A stretch of DNA of 64,000 nucleotides from Clostridia bacterium (GTDB taxonomy: Bacteria; Bacillota; Clostridia; UBA1212; DUPL01). Within the stretch, counting starts at the first letter, position 1. Each line of letters begins with the position of its first letter. The DNA lies in the NCBI GenBank assembly GCA_050951325.1, contig JBMNIW010000003.1, positions 224,001 to 288,000 on the forward strand, written 5' to 3'. The position numbers and the translations under genes are program-made. The notes under the pieces are model-generated. The model was not told the DNA's origin, ran no database searches, and saw only the letters and a program-made list of their open reading frames with translations. Below, piece by piece: positions 1 through 11,540 of the stretch.

Positions 1-1810
1 CAACACTTATTTCAAGACTTGCAAAAAATCCACCTTTTCCTTCGTAGTACAAGGGGATGCCACAACTTGCGAAAACCTGTCTGAATATGTCAGCCTTTTC
101 TGACACCGATCTCATCAATATGACAATATCCTTGTATTGAATCTTCCGCATGGTCTTTTCACGCTTGTCATAGACCATAAAACCATCCTCAAAGAGCTTT
201 CGGATTTTGCTTGCTATCAGCATGGCTTCAAGATATGTGTTTTCTTTGGTGGAGTCCTTGTTTTCAATTATCAAAAGCTCGCATTCCGAGTTGTACGCAT
301 CATCGTAATATGTGGCACCATAGTTCAAGTACTCACTCTCTACATAATCCATCTCTGCAGTCTTTTCATTCATAATCCTGCTGAATATATAGTTTACACT
401 GCCAACAACATCTCTTCTGCTTCGGAAGTTTTTATACAATCTGACAAGTTTGTTCTTTTCCGTATTTACACTGTATTCGTGGTACTTGTTCAAGAATAAA
501 TCAGGACGCGCCTGCCTGAAACTGTATATGCTCTGCTTTACGTCTCCCACATGGAAAATATTATTCCCTCTGGCTATTACCTGCAGAATTGTTTCCTGGG
601 TCAGATTCGTATCCTGGTATTCATCTATGTATATTTCCTCAAACTTCTCCCTTAATTTAAGGGCAACATCTGTAGGAACTATTCTGCCATTCTCTTTTTT
701 GGCAAGTATGTTAAGAGCAATATGATCCATATCGGAAAAGTCAAATATTTTTCTTTCCTTCTTGGCGTTCTGAAACTTTAAATGAAAATACTTTACTAGC
801 CAAACCAGCCTGCGGATATCCTTGTACACAAGCTCCATATCTTTCATGGCTGCATCCTTAGAGCCACCAAATATTTCGCTTACAAGCTTGCCCAACTCCT
901 TTTTCAGTGTGTCCCTTCTTTTCTTTATCAGAACCGCCTTTTCCCTGTCGTCTTCTTTGCCCACTCTTCCCAGTCTGACAAAGGAAAAAGAATTCATTAT
1001 CTCAAATGCCTCTTCCCAAGAAGCATTTTTACACATGCTGCACAAATCACCCAGCATCTCAACATCAATACCAAGAGCATCAAGATAACCGGAAACACCG
1101 AATTCTTCGGCCATGGCTTTTGTCCTCTTTGCTTCGGACAAAAGACTTTCCAGGGTGATCTCAAGATACTCAAGAGCTTCCTTTCCCCATATGGTTTCTC
1201 CGAAATCCTTGTATCTTTTGGGATTCAGTATCTTCTTCTGCTCATCAAGCCATTCAAAGGGATAAGGAAAACTTTGTATGAAAGAATGAAGATTAAGAAT
1301 TATGCTTTTTAGATTGTCATCTGTTTTTGAACCGCCGTATGTTTCGACCAGATTATGAAAATGAGGGTCCTTCTTTTCGTACCATTTTTCAAGAACATCA
1401 TCGAGAACCTCCTCCTTAATCAAAAGGGTTTCATTGTCATCCGCCACCCTGAAGGAAGAGTCTATTCCGCTTTCCCTGAAATTGCTTTTAACAACATATT
1501 GACAAAAAGAACTTATGGTTGATATGTGAGCCTTGCTCAGAAGAGCCTGCTGCTCTAGAAGTCTTCTCGGATTGTCTGAATCTTTTAATCTTGATTGTAT
1601 GGATGCATATATTCTTTCCTTCATTTCAGAAGCCGCATCTCTTGTGAAGGTGACAATTAAAAGCTTGTCCACATCAATATTGTCATCCAATATTCTTTTA
1701 ATAATTCTTTCCACTAATACAGATGTCTTACCAGAGCCTGCGGCAGCCGCAACCAACAGATTTTTACCTCTATGATTTATCGCTTCCAACTGTTCGTCTG
1801 TCCAAGCCAT
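1..1810 (-). CDS. addA: ATP-dependent helicase/nuclease subunit A, 5' part (runs off window start)
   Basis: Manual translation from ATG at 1810 gives MAWTDEQLEAINHRGKNLLVAAAAGSGKT..LIVTFTRDAASEMKERI, then later YMYIDEYQDTNLTQE (UvrD/AddA motifs). Absent from the ORF track because no stop lies in the window. Confidence 0.9.
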   Translation of the reverse strand, partial: MAWTDEQLEAINHRGKNLLVAAAAGSGKTSVLVERIIKRILDDNIDVDKLLIVTFTRDAASEMKERIYASIQSRLKDSDNPRRLLEQQALLSKAHISTISSFCQYVVKSNFRESGIDSSFRVADDNETLLIKEEVLDDVLEKWYEKKDPHFHNLVETYGGSKTDDNLKSIILNLHSFIQSFPYPFEWLDEQKKILNPKRYKDFGETIWGKEALEYLEITLESLLSEAKRTKAMAEEFGVSGYLDALGIDVEMLGDLCSMCKNASWEEAFEIMNSFSFVRLGRVGKEDDREKAVLIKKRRDTLKKELGKLVSEIFGGSKDAAMKDMELVYKDIRRLVWLVKYFHLKFQNAKKERKIFDFSDMDHIALNILAKKENGRIVPTDVALKLREKFEEIYIDEYQDTNLTQETILQVIARGNNIFHVGDVKQSIYSFRQARPDLFLNKYHEYSVNTEKNKLVRLYKNFRSRRDVVGSVNYIFSRIMNEKTAEMDYVESEYLNYGATYYDDAYNSECELLIIENKDSTKENTYLEAMLIASKIRKLFEDGFMVYDKREKTMRKIQYKDIVILMRSVSEKADIFRQVFASCGIPLYYEGKGGFFASLEISV

Positions 1811-1816
1811 TAACAA

Positions 1817-2800
1817 TTACTCCTGATTTTTTTGTAATAACACTTCAACAATGGATTCCTTAATGTAATTAGCGTATAGCAGCTGGTAACTTTCGTCAGT
1901 CAATTTTCTCTCGTCTTCCCTATTAGACAAATACCCAATTTCCACCTTGACAACATTGCCCTTAGACCAGTTCAAAAACGTAATGTCATTTGCAACCTTA
2001 ACACCAGACTTTGGAACACCAAGGCCATTTGAGAGTTTGTTCAGCAAGGTTTCTGCAAAAACCTTGGTTGATTCGCTGGTGGTAAATCTCGGAATATATA
2101 CCTGCACGCCGTTATCCATAGGATTATTGGATGAGTCACAGCTTATGCTTATAACGAGATTGCAGTCGTATTTGTTCAAATAGTCCGCCCTTTCGCGGTT
2201 GCTCATGGAATGATCAGAACGCTGTCTTGGCATGACAACAGTAGCACCCTCAAGTTCAAGTGCAGATTTAAGCTTCATCGCCACTTTTAAATTTATTTCA
2301 TAGTCATATGTACCGGAATATACACCTTGGTGTCTTTCATTCATTCTTTCTGTCAAAACCTTGGATTGTGGAGCAATAAACTCTGATTTTCTGTCGAGAT
2401 TCATTTGACCATCGGCATCAATACCTATTGAATATCCTTTTAATCTGTCTGGCTCAAAGGCTTCGCTGTCAACAAATGTGGTGCTGTATACATAACCATA
2501 CACACCATTGTACAGAACCTTGTACCAAATACCTTTTTCAACGACAGTTAGAGCACTGACGGAATCCAGTGAATACATTATTGGATATGTAAAGCCGGGG
2601 CCTTTTCTAATAGTTAAATAGTTGTGACTTGTCGGAATAATCATGGCAGAATCCATGTGGAACAGTTCTTTTTTTACGTCACTGCCAGATGTTCCGCATA
2701 TCAAAAGCACAGAGAAAACAAAAACAAATATGAATTTGATAAACACTCTTTTTCTACTATGTAATTCAAACATAACTGCCCTCTCAAATAAACCAGTCAC
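1817..2800 (-). CDS. SH3 plus N-acetylmuramoyl-L-alanine amidase (Amidase_3)-like protein with degenerate Zn site
   Basis: N-terminal TM/signal, SH3b-like LTIRKGPG..WYKV..GYV, then an Amidase_3 scaffold (NLKVAMKL, SNRERA, VEIGYLSN). Confidence 0.8.
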   Translation of the reverse strand: MTGLFERAVMFELHSRKRVFIKFIFVFVFSVLLICGTSGSDVKKELFHMDSAMIIPTSHNYLTIRKGPGFTYPIMYSLDSVSALTVVEKGIWYKVLYNGVYGYVYSTTFVDSEAFEPDRLKGYSIGIDADGQMNLDRKSEFIAPQSKVLTERMNERHQGVYSGTYDYEINLKVAMKLKSALELEGATVVMPRQRSDHSMSNRERADYLNKYDCNLVISISCDSSNNPMDNGVQVYIPRFTTSESTKVFAETLLNKLSNGLGVPKSGVKVANDITFLNWSKGNVVKVEIGYLSNREDERKLTDESYQLLYANYIKESIVEVLLQKNQE

Positions 2801-2892
2801 TAACTTCCATAACCCGCTTAAATTATATCATATAATTATATTTTTACAAGCAAAAAAAAGCCACGCATAAAGCGCAGCTTTTAATCTATTAA

Positions 2893-3966
<1,074 letters not shown>

Positions 3967-3994
3967 TTAATTTGTCATAAAAAACAATATATAA

Positions 3995-4987
3995 TCAGAC
4001 AAGTTTTTCAAGTATTTTCTCCTGTTCCTTCGGTTCCCTTTCACTGCCTGGAAGCACACAGTAAAGAATAAGAAGGCAAAGCATGGTCAGTGAAAAAACA
4101 TATTTGTAAATATATGGCAGTTCAAGAGGTGTAAAGAAGCCTTCTATCAATGCGGATATTACCAGTATGGGTATGCAGCCGACTATAAGTTTCACCGCAT
4201 CCATACCTTTTGTAATCAGGGCATCTTTCCTGGATATCTTGCCCGGATTAATAAGAGAGTAACCAATAATAAGTCCTGCAGTCCCGCTGACAAAGATTGC
4301 AAAAAGTTCAGACACACCGTGAGGCAGTATCAACGACCAGAAGAATACCGACTGTCCCCGATGCAGGTAAACTCCTGCCAATGCTCCCAGCATAAGACCA
4401 TTGTAGGCAAGTATGTAAATGGTGCCTATTCCAAAAGTTATACCCAAAGCAAAAGCCATGAAACTTACCCTCAAATTGTTCGTGCCTATCATGGATGCGA
4501 AATAGGTGCCAATAGATGTGGTAAACTCGTCATATTGTCCTTCCTGTCTTGAACCTTCCAGAACCTGCCTTGGCAGGAACAGCAAGGCATTGTCCAGACT
4601 TATTGCAGTCACAATATAGGAAAAAGCAAATGCAACAACAAAAATCAGCGTAGCAATAACAAATGCTTTTATATACCTCCTAAGCAGCTTGGGAAAACCT
4701 GTGGTAAATATCTTAAAATTGGACGATACCTTTGATTCTGGTGACGAATATATGAAGGAGTGAGCCTGCCCAACCAGCCTGTTAAGGTAATTGGTTGTGG
4801 CACATTCTCCAAAATATGTCCTTGAGTATGCCAAATTGTTGGCCGCCTTGTTGTAAAGCGTGACAAACCTGTCGATTCTGTGTTTGTCAATGTTTTGCTT
4901 TTCAGATATCTTTCTGAAAAGCTTCAACTCCGATTCAAGCTCTTTCCATGCATTTCCGTTGGCTTTAACGAACTCCTGCTCATTCAT
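3995..4987 (-). CDS. Stage II sporulation protein M-like (DUF95) membrane protein
   Basis: YLNRLV, NNLRVSF, NGLMLG, ILPHGVSE, IEGFFTP motifs; typical MoxR-locus member. Confidence 0.85.
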   Translation of the reverse strand: MNEQEFVKANGNAWKELESELKLFRKISEKQNIDKHRIDRFVTLYNKAANNLAYSRTYFGECATTNYLNRLVGQAHSFIYSSPESKVSSNFKIFTTGFPKLLRRYIKAFVIATLIFVVAFAFSYIVTAISLDNALLFLPRQVLEGSRQEGQYDEFTTSIGTYFASMIGTNNLRVSFMAFALGITFGIGTIYILAYNGLMLGALAGVYLHRGQSVFFWSLILPHGVSELFAIFVSGTAGLIIGYSLINPGKISRKDALITKGMDAVKLIVGCIPILVISALIEGFFTPLELPYIYKYVFSLTMLCLLILYCVLPGSEREPKEQEKILEKLV

Positions 4988-5050
4988 ATGATTCGCCTCT
5001 TTATGATATTGATATAAAATTTTGGGTGTGCTAATATAATAACATTAATT

Positions 5051-5941
5051 ATGGAAGGTATCAACAAAAACAAGGAAGGTAATATGACTTTGAAGAAAAA
5101 TGTCTACATAGAAACCCACGAGAATGTAACCATAGAATATGAGACAGCGAACCTGGGCTCCAGGTTTCTTGCCCGCCTACTCGATGAAGTCATTGTCTAT
5201 GCCGCATTGATAATCACGGTAATTATCCTGTCATACACAGTATTTGAAAACAGCAGTCTAAACCTGTCCAATATAGTTGACAGCTGGAACATCTTATACG
5301 TTATCGCCATAGTGTACATTGTTACTTTCATACTAAAATATTTCTACTTTGTAATTTTTGAAATGACAATGAGGGGCCAGTCTCCAGGGAAAAAGGCAGC
5401 GGGTTTGAGAGTTGTATCCACAACAGGCGAGCCAATTATATTCTCTGCTTCCTTGGTGCGCAATCTGCTCAGGATTGTGGATGATTTACCTGCAAACTAC
5501 CTGGTAGGTGCCGTATTCATAATGTTCAATAAAAAATCCCAAAGACTTGGCGACATTGCCGCCAACACCATGGTTATAAAAACCAAGGAAAATACAAAGT
5601 TCACAAAACAACTTGAACAAATGCTTCAGGATGAAATCAACAAAGAAGTAGACATGCAGGAAGTTTTGGACAAGTATCTCGAGTCATCCGAAAACATTAA
5701 ATCCCCTGACGAAACAATACCGGAAGAAACAAACGCCACAATCTCAAAGCATGAATATGAGATTCTATCCGAGTATCTTGCTCAGAGGGAATTCATACAC
5801 GATTCAAACATATGGGATGTGAAACTGTTCAACTACTTCTTCAGAAGAGTCAATGCCCAGATACCGCAAAGAATGTATTACGCATATGTAATCCAATTCC
5901 TGATAGGCGTTGAAAGGTATAACAGGCAGTTCTATACGTAA
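5051..5941 (+). CDS. RDD family membrane protein
   Basis: GSRFLARLLD, GQSPGK, RNLLRIVD, QRLGDIAANT motifs. Confidence 0.9.
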   Translation: MEGINKNKEGNMTLKKNVYIETHENVTIEYETANLGSRFLARLLDEVIVYAALIITVIILSYTVFENSSLNLSNIVDSWNILYVIAIVYIVTFILKYFYFVIFEMTMRGQSPGKKAAGLRVVSTTGEPIIFSASLVRNLLRIVDDLPANYLVGAVFIMFNKKSQRLGDIAANTMVIKTKENTKFTKQLEQMLQDEINKEVDMQEVLDKYLESSENIKSPDETIPEETNATISKHEYEILSEYLAQREFIHDSNIWDVKLFNYFFRRVNAQIPQRMYYAYVIQFLIGVERYNRQFYT

Positions 5942-5942
5942 C

Positions 5943-7253
5943 TCACAGAGCCCCGGATCTCTTTATATCCAGATATCTGCAAACCGCTTCCAAGGATAGC
6001 TTGTCGGGCTCCACATCGGAGCTCATTATTCCATTTTTCTTTAATACGGCTCTTATCTTGTCTCTTTCACCAACCAACTTGACACCAGCGGACTTCAGGT
6101 ATACATCATCCAACTTCTCAATATCCATATTCGCAATGTCATCCACTCTTGGGTCTTTAATGGTTATGGCATATACCAAATGATTTGAAAGATGAGTATT
6201 TACGGCATTTGCAAATCTTAATGCTTCATCCACATTGAAAAGCTCTGTGAAAATAAAAACAAGGGTTCTCCTTCTCTGCTTTAGCTTGAAGGTTTTAATG
6301 GCATTGTCATAATCCGCACTGGTCTCCGTATACTCCACATTATACAAATTCGAAGCAATGGTTTCGAAGTTGTTCTTTCTGGGAGCAACATACCTTCTTA
6401 CCTTGTTGTCAAACACCATAAGACCCACATTGTCTCCGCCATGCGTGCAGTAATCAGCCAACAGAAAAGCACTGTTTATTGCATAATCCAGCTTCTTTAT
6501 GTTTTTATACTCTGAATTCATGACCCTGCTGGAATCTATCATAATAAATATATATTGATTCTTTTCAGGAACGTAAGTATTTACAATAAGCTCATGTCTT
6601 CTTGCCGTGGCTGCCCAGTTGATAATATTGTAAGGGTCCGACTGCACATATTCTCTCAAGCTGTCAAACTCACCACCCTGCACATTTCTTCTAGTCTTCT
6701 TTATGCCATGAAGAAACATGTTCATGTTGAGAGCGCTGATTCTGTAATCGGTAAGGGCTTTCATATTGGGGTAAACCTTGTATTTCTCATCGCTTCTTAT
6801 CTTGGTCTGCCTTTGTATGAAACCAAATATCCCCAAAGTTCTTACATATATATTCTCAAAACACACCTCTCCCCTTTTCATAGGGGTCACCTGGTATTTA
6901 AAAATCTCCTGGCCGTGGGCGGGTACCCATTTGGCTTCCATGGGCAAGGTGTGTTTGAAATGTTCGGGCACGGAGTCCGTAACAGACACAAGAAGAGGTA
7001 TTGGGCTGTTGTTCCTTACAATTATCTCCACGTCATTTTCAGCACCAAGGCTTAATTTTGTATTCAGCTCCCTATGGACCTCAAAAACTTCAGGTTTTGG
7101 AGTCTGTACAATGTCCACCACAACAAGGCTTGCCAAAACCAGGTTGACCAGTGTGAATGCCACAACTGCAAAAGCCCAGCCTGCAAACCCGGCAACAAGT
7201 ACAAGAACTCCTCCTGCAAGTGATAAATATATGAGTCTTTTGGTAAAAGTCAT
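5943..7253 (-). CDS. DUF58 (vWA-like) protein, MoxR partner
   Basis: EFDSLREY, INWAATAR, IDSSRVM, VFIFTE motifs; N-terminal TMs. Confidence 0.9.
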   Translation of the reverse strand: MTFTKRLIYLSLAGGVLVLVAGFAGWAFAVVAFTLVNLVLASLVVVDIVQTPKPEVFEVHRELNTKLSLGAENDVEIIVRNNSPIPLLVSVTDSVPEHFKHTLPMEAKWVPAHGQEIFKYQVTPMKRGEVCFENIYVRTLGIFGFIQRQTKIRSDEKYKVYPNMKALTDYRISALNMNMFLHGIKKTRRNVQGGEFDSLREYVQSDPYNIINWAATARRHELIVNTYVPEKNQYIFIMIDSSRVMNSEYKNIKKLDYAINSAFLLADYCTHGGDNVGLMVFDNKVRRYVAPRKNNFETIASNLYNVEYTETSADYDNAIKTFKLKQRRRTLVFIFTELFNVDEALRFANAVNTHLSNHLVYAITIKDPRVDDIANMDIEKLDDVYLKSAGVKLVGERDKIRAVLKKNGIMSSDVEPDKLSLEAVCRYLDIKRSGAL

Positions 7254-7265
7254 TTTGTTACTCCT

Positions 7266-8213
7266 CTATCTAGGCACCTCTATTTTTCTAATAAACGCAT
7301 TCAAAACCGTATCAGGATCAAGACCGTCAACTTCCGCCTCCGGTTTCAATATTACCCTGTGTCTCAATACCGGCAGAGCTATATCCAATACATCCTCAGG
7401 AGTTACAAAATCCCTTCCATTCATGGCGGCTGTGGTCTTTGCACACAAAAGCATGCTGATGGAGCTTCTTGGGGAACCACCCAGGATTATGGCAGGTGAT
7501 TTTCTGGTTGCATTTGATATTGAAGTTATGTAGTTGATAACTCCGTCCTCACAAATAACTCTGCTTATCTCTTCCCTGCACGTCACCAGCTCCTCATAAG
7601 TCAGGCATGTTTCAAGACTTTCAACTTCCTTATGGGAACTCACAAAACCCTCCTTGTATTTCTTAAGAAGGTTGTTCTCATCTTCCTGGGAAAAATACGT
7701 AATATTAAGTTTCATAAGGAATCTGTCCAGCTGTGCTTCTGGCAGCGGATACGTTCCTTCATATTCGATGGGGTTCTGTGTTGCCATTACAAAGAACGGA
7801 TCTCCCAGTTCCATTGTCTCTCCATCTATTGTTACATGGCCTTCTTCCATGGCCTCCAGCAAGGCAGACTGGGTTTTGGGAGGTGTCCTGTTTATCTCAT
7901 CAGCCAAAAGTATATTGGTAAAGATGGGACCTTTTTTTAGATAGAATTCAGTCTTTTTCAAGTCAAATACTTTTGTGCCGATAATATCAGTTGGCATTAG
8001 GTCAGGAGTAAACTGCACCCTTTTGTACTCGCAATCCACCGTTTTTGCAAGTGCTTTGGCAGACAGGGTTTTGCCAAGACCGGGCACACCTTCCATAAGC
8101 ACATGTCCGCCAGTCAAAAAAGCAACCACAAGATGCCTTACAAATTCGTCCTGTCCAATAAGAACCTTCGATACCTCATTTATAATCTGTTCTGATTTTT
8201 CCTTAACAAACAT
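7266..8213 (-). CDS. MoxR family AAA+ ATPase
   Basis: EGVPGLGKT, RVQFTPDLMP, LADEINR, TQNPIEYEGTYPLPEAQLDRF. Confidence 0.96.
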   Translation of the reverse strand: MFVKEKSEQIINEVSKVLIGQDEFVRHLVVAFLTGGHVLMEGVPGLGKTLSAKALAKTVDCEYKRVQFTPDLMPTDIIGTKVFDLKKTEFYLKKGPIFTNILLADEINRTPPKTQSALLEAMEEGHVTIDGETMELGDPFFVMATQNPIEYEGTYPLPEAQLDRFLMKLNITYFSQEDENNLLKKYKEGFVSSHKEVESLETCLTYEELVTCREEISRVICEDGVINYITSISNATRKSPAIILGGSPRSSISMLLCAKTTAAMNGRDFVTPEDVLDIALPVLRHRVILKPEAEVDGLDPDTVLNAFIRKIEVPR

Positions 8214-8214
8214 A

Positions 8215-9255
8215 TTAGAGCTCCCTTCTAATCTTCTCTATTTTTTCAATATATTTTTTAATATCTCCTTTTTTCAGCATATTTTTGTTCTCATACAACG
8301 AAAACAGCTTGTCAAATCCCAATTCACAAAGTTTTTTGTCTGAAAGCATTTCATCTCTAATTGAGTCATTGTACTGTCTGTAACCCAGATAATGGGCCAC
8401 ATCCCCAAGCAAAGCCTCCATGTGAACATCAAATACAATCTGGGGCGAATTCACCCTCTTGTATAAATTACCGAGAGCATGAACATTTTCCGTTTCGTTC
8501 CTTTTAATGGTTGAGTAAACAGGTTCAACCTTTCCAAAGCGCACGCCCTTGTAAATCATCCAAAGGATTGCAGTAATAGCAATCTGCACCATCAAAAGTG
8601 TAACACCCATGCCGTATACATCGACGCCTCCTGATGCCGACACTCCAACATGGTAATACTCATTAATGGCAACAGTCTTGTACCTGCCTTTTTTTGCAAT
8701 CTCCCCGATTAGCACAAGGCCGTCCGTTGCATACGAATGTTCCTTCTTCATGTAACCGTTTAATATTCTATCTCCATGGGGAAACAAGTAGATCCTTCCG
8801 CCTTTTCCATCCTCAAACACATACTCTTTGTAGTACATTTCTTCCGTTGAGTTTATGGACTCTTCCATGTCCTCTACAATATCCTTGTACATATTAAATT
8901 CATTTTCCTCAATGAAGAACAGAAAGCTGCTGCCCTTTTTAACATGTTCCCTTATGGCTTCAATCTCAAAATCATCAATCAAATAATTAAGTGAAGGCAA
9001 AAGAGAAACACTGAGGCTTTCATCAGGGGTGAATCTTGCATATTTCCTGAAAATTTCCGTCTCATACAGATTCGTTCGCCTGCCGTATTCCTTAACCGAA
9101 AGATAAAAAGCCTTCGCACCTCCATCTTTTACCGAATAGGCGGAATTTGAAAGGTTTTCAAACTGCCGGTCATCATCGGAGATGAGAGAAATTGCCACAA
9201 AAAACAAAACAACAAATACAACACCAAGCACAACAAATCTCAATCGATTATTCAT
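8215..9255 (-). CDS. DUF4350-like membrane protein (start adjusted to MNNRLRF)
   Basis: N-terminal TM, SAYS..GAKAF, INEYYH, second TM followed by RFG; position in the MoxR operon. Confidence 0.7.
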   Translation of the reverse strand: MNNRLRFVVLGVVFVVLFFVAISLISDDDRQFENLSNSAYSVKDGGAKAFYLSVKEYGRRTNLYETEIFRKYARFTPDESLSVSLLPSLNYLIDDFEIEAIREHVKKGSSFLFFIEENEFNMYKDIVEDMEESINSTEEMYYKEYVFEDGKGGRIYLFPHGDRILNGYMKKEHSYATDGLVLIGEIAKKGRYKTVAINEYYHVGVSASGGVDVYGMGVTLLMVQIAITAILWMIYKGVRFGKVEPVYSTIKRNETENVHALGNLYKRVNSPQIVFDVHMEALLGDVAHYLGYRQYNDSIRDEMLSDKKLCELGFDKLFSLYENKNMLKKGDIKKYIEKIEKIRREL

Positions 9256-9260
9256 CGTTC

Positions 9261-9947
9261 TCACCTTCCTCCAACCCCCCCCGAAAGGTCGTAGTACAAA
9301 CGCTCCCATTCCAAAAGCTCTTTCATGCCTATATCCCTTTTTCCATACCAAATGTAGTAAAAGGCTTCGAAGAAAGGCTCGCTAGCCTTTGCGATTTCGG
9401 AGTCATTTGCGGAAAGTTCCCTGAAATACTGCCTGTTTGTTTTAAACTTCTGAATCCGTATAAGTTCCCGCTCGTTGAAATTGATAAGCAAAGCCAGGAA
9501 GAAATATCTGAAAGACAATCTGAACTCTTTTATTCTCTTGAATTCCAATGCTAGTCTCAATGGTTCGCTGGGAGTTTTCGTGAACTCCTCAAGCTCGTCT
9601 GAAATATCTTCCTTCTTGAACCTGAATCTTTTACTTTTGATGATTTTCAAAACAAGCTTGACAAGAAAGAAAACCAAAGCCCCGACAATCAGAATTGCCA
9701 AAACATTAATAATCACCCTTGCAACAGGACCCAGTTTGAGGAATTTGCTGCCAAGTGAACCCAGATTAACTCTGCTCAGAATCTCAAAAATCAAATCTGA
9801 AATAAAGTCCATTATCTTTTGCAGTATTTCACCAATAGTCCTAAGGATTTTTTGTAAAAACTTAAACTCTCCAACTTTTTCAGGTTGGAATTCCGGTTGG
9901 GACAATACCTCCTCAATAACACGCTGGGCAAGTTCACGATCGTTCAT
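9261..9947 (-). CDS. DUF4129 domain membrane protein
   Basis: VLSQPEF N-terminus, TM, KTNRQY and IWYG C-terminal motifs. Confidence 0.75.
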   Translation of the reverse strand: MNDRELAQRVIEEVLSQPEFQPEKVGEFKFLQKILRTIGEILQKIMDFISDLIFEILSRVNLGSLGSKFLKLGPVARVIINVLAILIVGALVFFLVKLVLKIIKSKRFRFKKEDISDELEEFTKTPSEPLRLALEFKRIKEFRLSFRYFFLALLINFNERELIRIQKFKTNRQYFRELSANDSEIAKASEPFFEAFYYIWYGKRDIGMKELLEWERLYYDLSGGVGGR

Positions 9948-10882
9948 CCTGCCACCTCTCTATCCTTGCCGAACGTGATTCTATCACTTTCGCCTGCAAC
10001 CAAATCACCCAGTTTATTCATAAATTCTATCATTCCCGTTTCGTGCTTCAGGTAAATATACAACTGTGTGGTATGGATGTAAAGTATTGGATGCAAAACA
10101 CTCGATATAGACATAATCAGTGCAGCCAGAATCCGGTTCACCAAAGGATCGTTGAAGATCAGGAAATTATTCAGTGAACGTATGACAAAAGGCAGGGCAG
10201 CGCAGAAAATGACACCAAAGCATATGGGCCAAAAAACTTTCTTTACCCTTCCCTTTGTCATATTCCACGAAAGACTTAATGCCTTGAAGCAGTCAATTCT
10301 TTCAATACTTATTGCATGAGGAATGAAATACAGTCTAATCATAAAATAAACGACAGCGACAATTAATGCAAGGGCAACCTGCGCTCCAATTATTACTTTT
10401 ATTACTCCAAAATCCATAAAGCTGGACAAAAAGGTTAACGCCACTACAAAAGACACAATATTGTATATAAAACCTGTGACAAACGAAACAATAAACAGAT
10501 AAAGAATATACCAAAGGAGGCGTTTGAAACCGTAGGATATTGCCTGTTTTGCAGTGTAGTCAACTCCGTTTACAAGCTTTTCATATGTATGCTTGATAGT
10601 ACCCAGAGAAACTGCATGCAGTATGGTGGCATTGTAAAAACTGTATAGAATTATGCCCAGATAAAGAAGCATGATTTTTATTAAACCCATCTCAAAGTCC
10701 TCCGTCAGCATCATATAGGTCATGTTGTCCACAAAGTTTCCTATGTCAAGAAGGAAAAAAATCAAAAAAGTGACAGGTATATGGAAGAACAAAGTCATGC
10801 CCAAAAAAGTCTTAAGATTCTGTCTATAATACTCAACGGCATAGTCCAAATAATCGCCGCTTTTCAACCTGGTTTTATACAT
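9944..10882 (-). CDS. Multi-pass membrane protein of the MoxR locus
   Basis: Several hydrophobic segments, ALSLSWNMTKG motif, overlap with the next gene. Confidence 0.7.
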   Translation of the reverse strand: MYKTRLKSGDYLDYAVEYYRQNLKTFLGMTLFFHIPVTFLIFFLLDIGNFVDNMTYMMLTEDFEMGLIKIMLLYLGIILYSFYNATILHAVSLGTIKHTYEKLVNGVDYTAKQAISYGFKRLLWYILYLFIVSFVTGFIYNIVSFVVALTFLSSFMDFGVIKVIIGAQVALALIVAVVYFMIRLYFIPHAISIERIDCFKALSLSWNMTKGRVKKVFWPICFGVIFCAALPFVIRSLNNFLIFNDPLVNRILAALIMSISSVLHPILYIHTTQLYIYLKHETGMIEFMNKLGDLVAGESDRITFGKDREVAG

Positions 10883-10900
10883 AATAAAATCTCCTTTATT

Positions 10901-11413
10901 CTAATCTCCCCTACCTGTCAACTCACCCTGCATCAGCATTCCTGGAAATCCCAGCTGCGATACAGCTTCATACAACACAATAGCAACAGAGTTGGAAAGA
11001 TTGAGCGACCTGTAATCCTTCAACATGGGGATTCTTATACACCATTCATAGTTAGCCTGTAAAATTGATTCGGGAAGCCCTTTGGTTTCCTTCCCAAACA
11101 CAAGATAATCTCCGTCCTTGTACTCAACTTCCTTGTATGTTCTTTTTGCCTTTGTAGTGCAAAAATAAAAAGTTCCACCGTTTGACTTCCCAACTACCTC
11201 TTCAAAGGAATCATACAACCTTATATCCATATCGTCCCAATAATCAAGACCCGCTCTTTTCAAATGTTTGTCGGATATCGAGAACCCCAAAGGACCCACC
11301 AAATGCAAAGTCGCCCCTGTACATGCACAGGTTCTGACAATATTTCCAGTATTCTGAGGTATTTCAGGTTCAACCAACACAATATTAAATGCCATGCAAA
11401 CCCTTCTTTTCAA
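10901..11413 (-). CDS. trmL: tRNA (cytidine/uridine-34 2'-O)-methyltransferase
   Basis: EPEIPQNTGN, RAGLDYW, FGKETKGL, RSLNLSNSVA. Confidence 0.95.
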   Translation of the reverse strand: MKRRVCMAFNIVLVEPEIPQNTGNIVRTCACTGATLHLVGPLGFSISDKHLKRAGLDYWDDMDIRLYDSFEEVVGKSNGGTFYFCTTKAKRTYKEVEYKDGDYLVFGKETKGLPESILQANYEWCIRIPMLKDYRSLNLSNSVAIVLYEAVSQLGFPGMLMQGELTGRGD

Positions 11414-11467
11414 ATATAATACTTTAAAATTATACTACATGGAAATATTATTCACAAGTATAAAAAC

Positions 11468-11502
11468 AGAATCGGCAGACGCTTTACGCATCTGCCGATT
11501 CT
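11468..11502 (-). terminator. Intrinsic terminator after the bactofilin gene
   Basis: Inverted repeat AGAATCGGCAGA..TCTGCCGATTCT followed by a T-run on the minus strand. Confidence 0.7.
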
Positions 11503-11540
11503 ACTTGGACAATATATCAATATTCTTCGAACTTACACTG

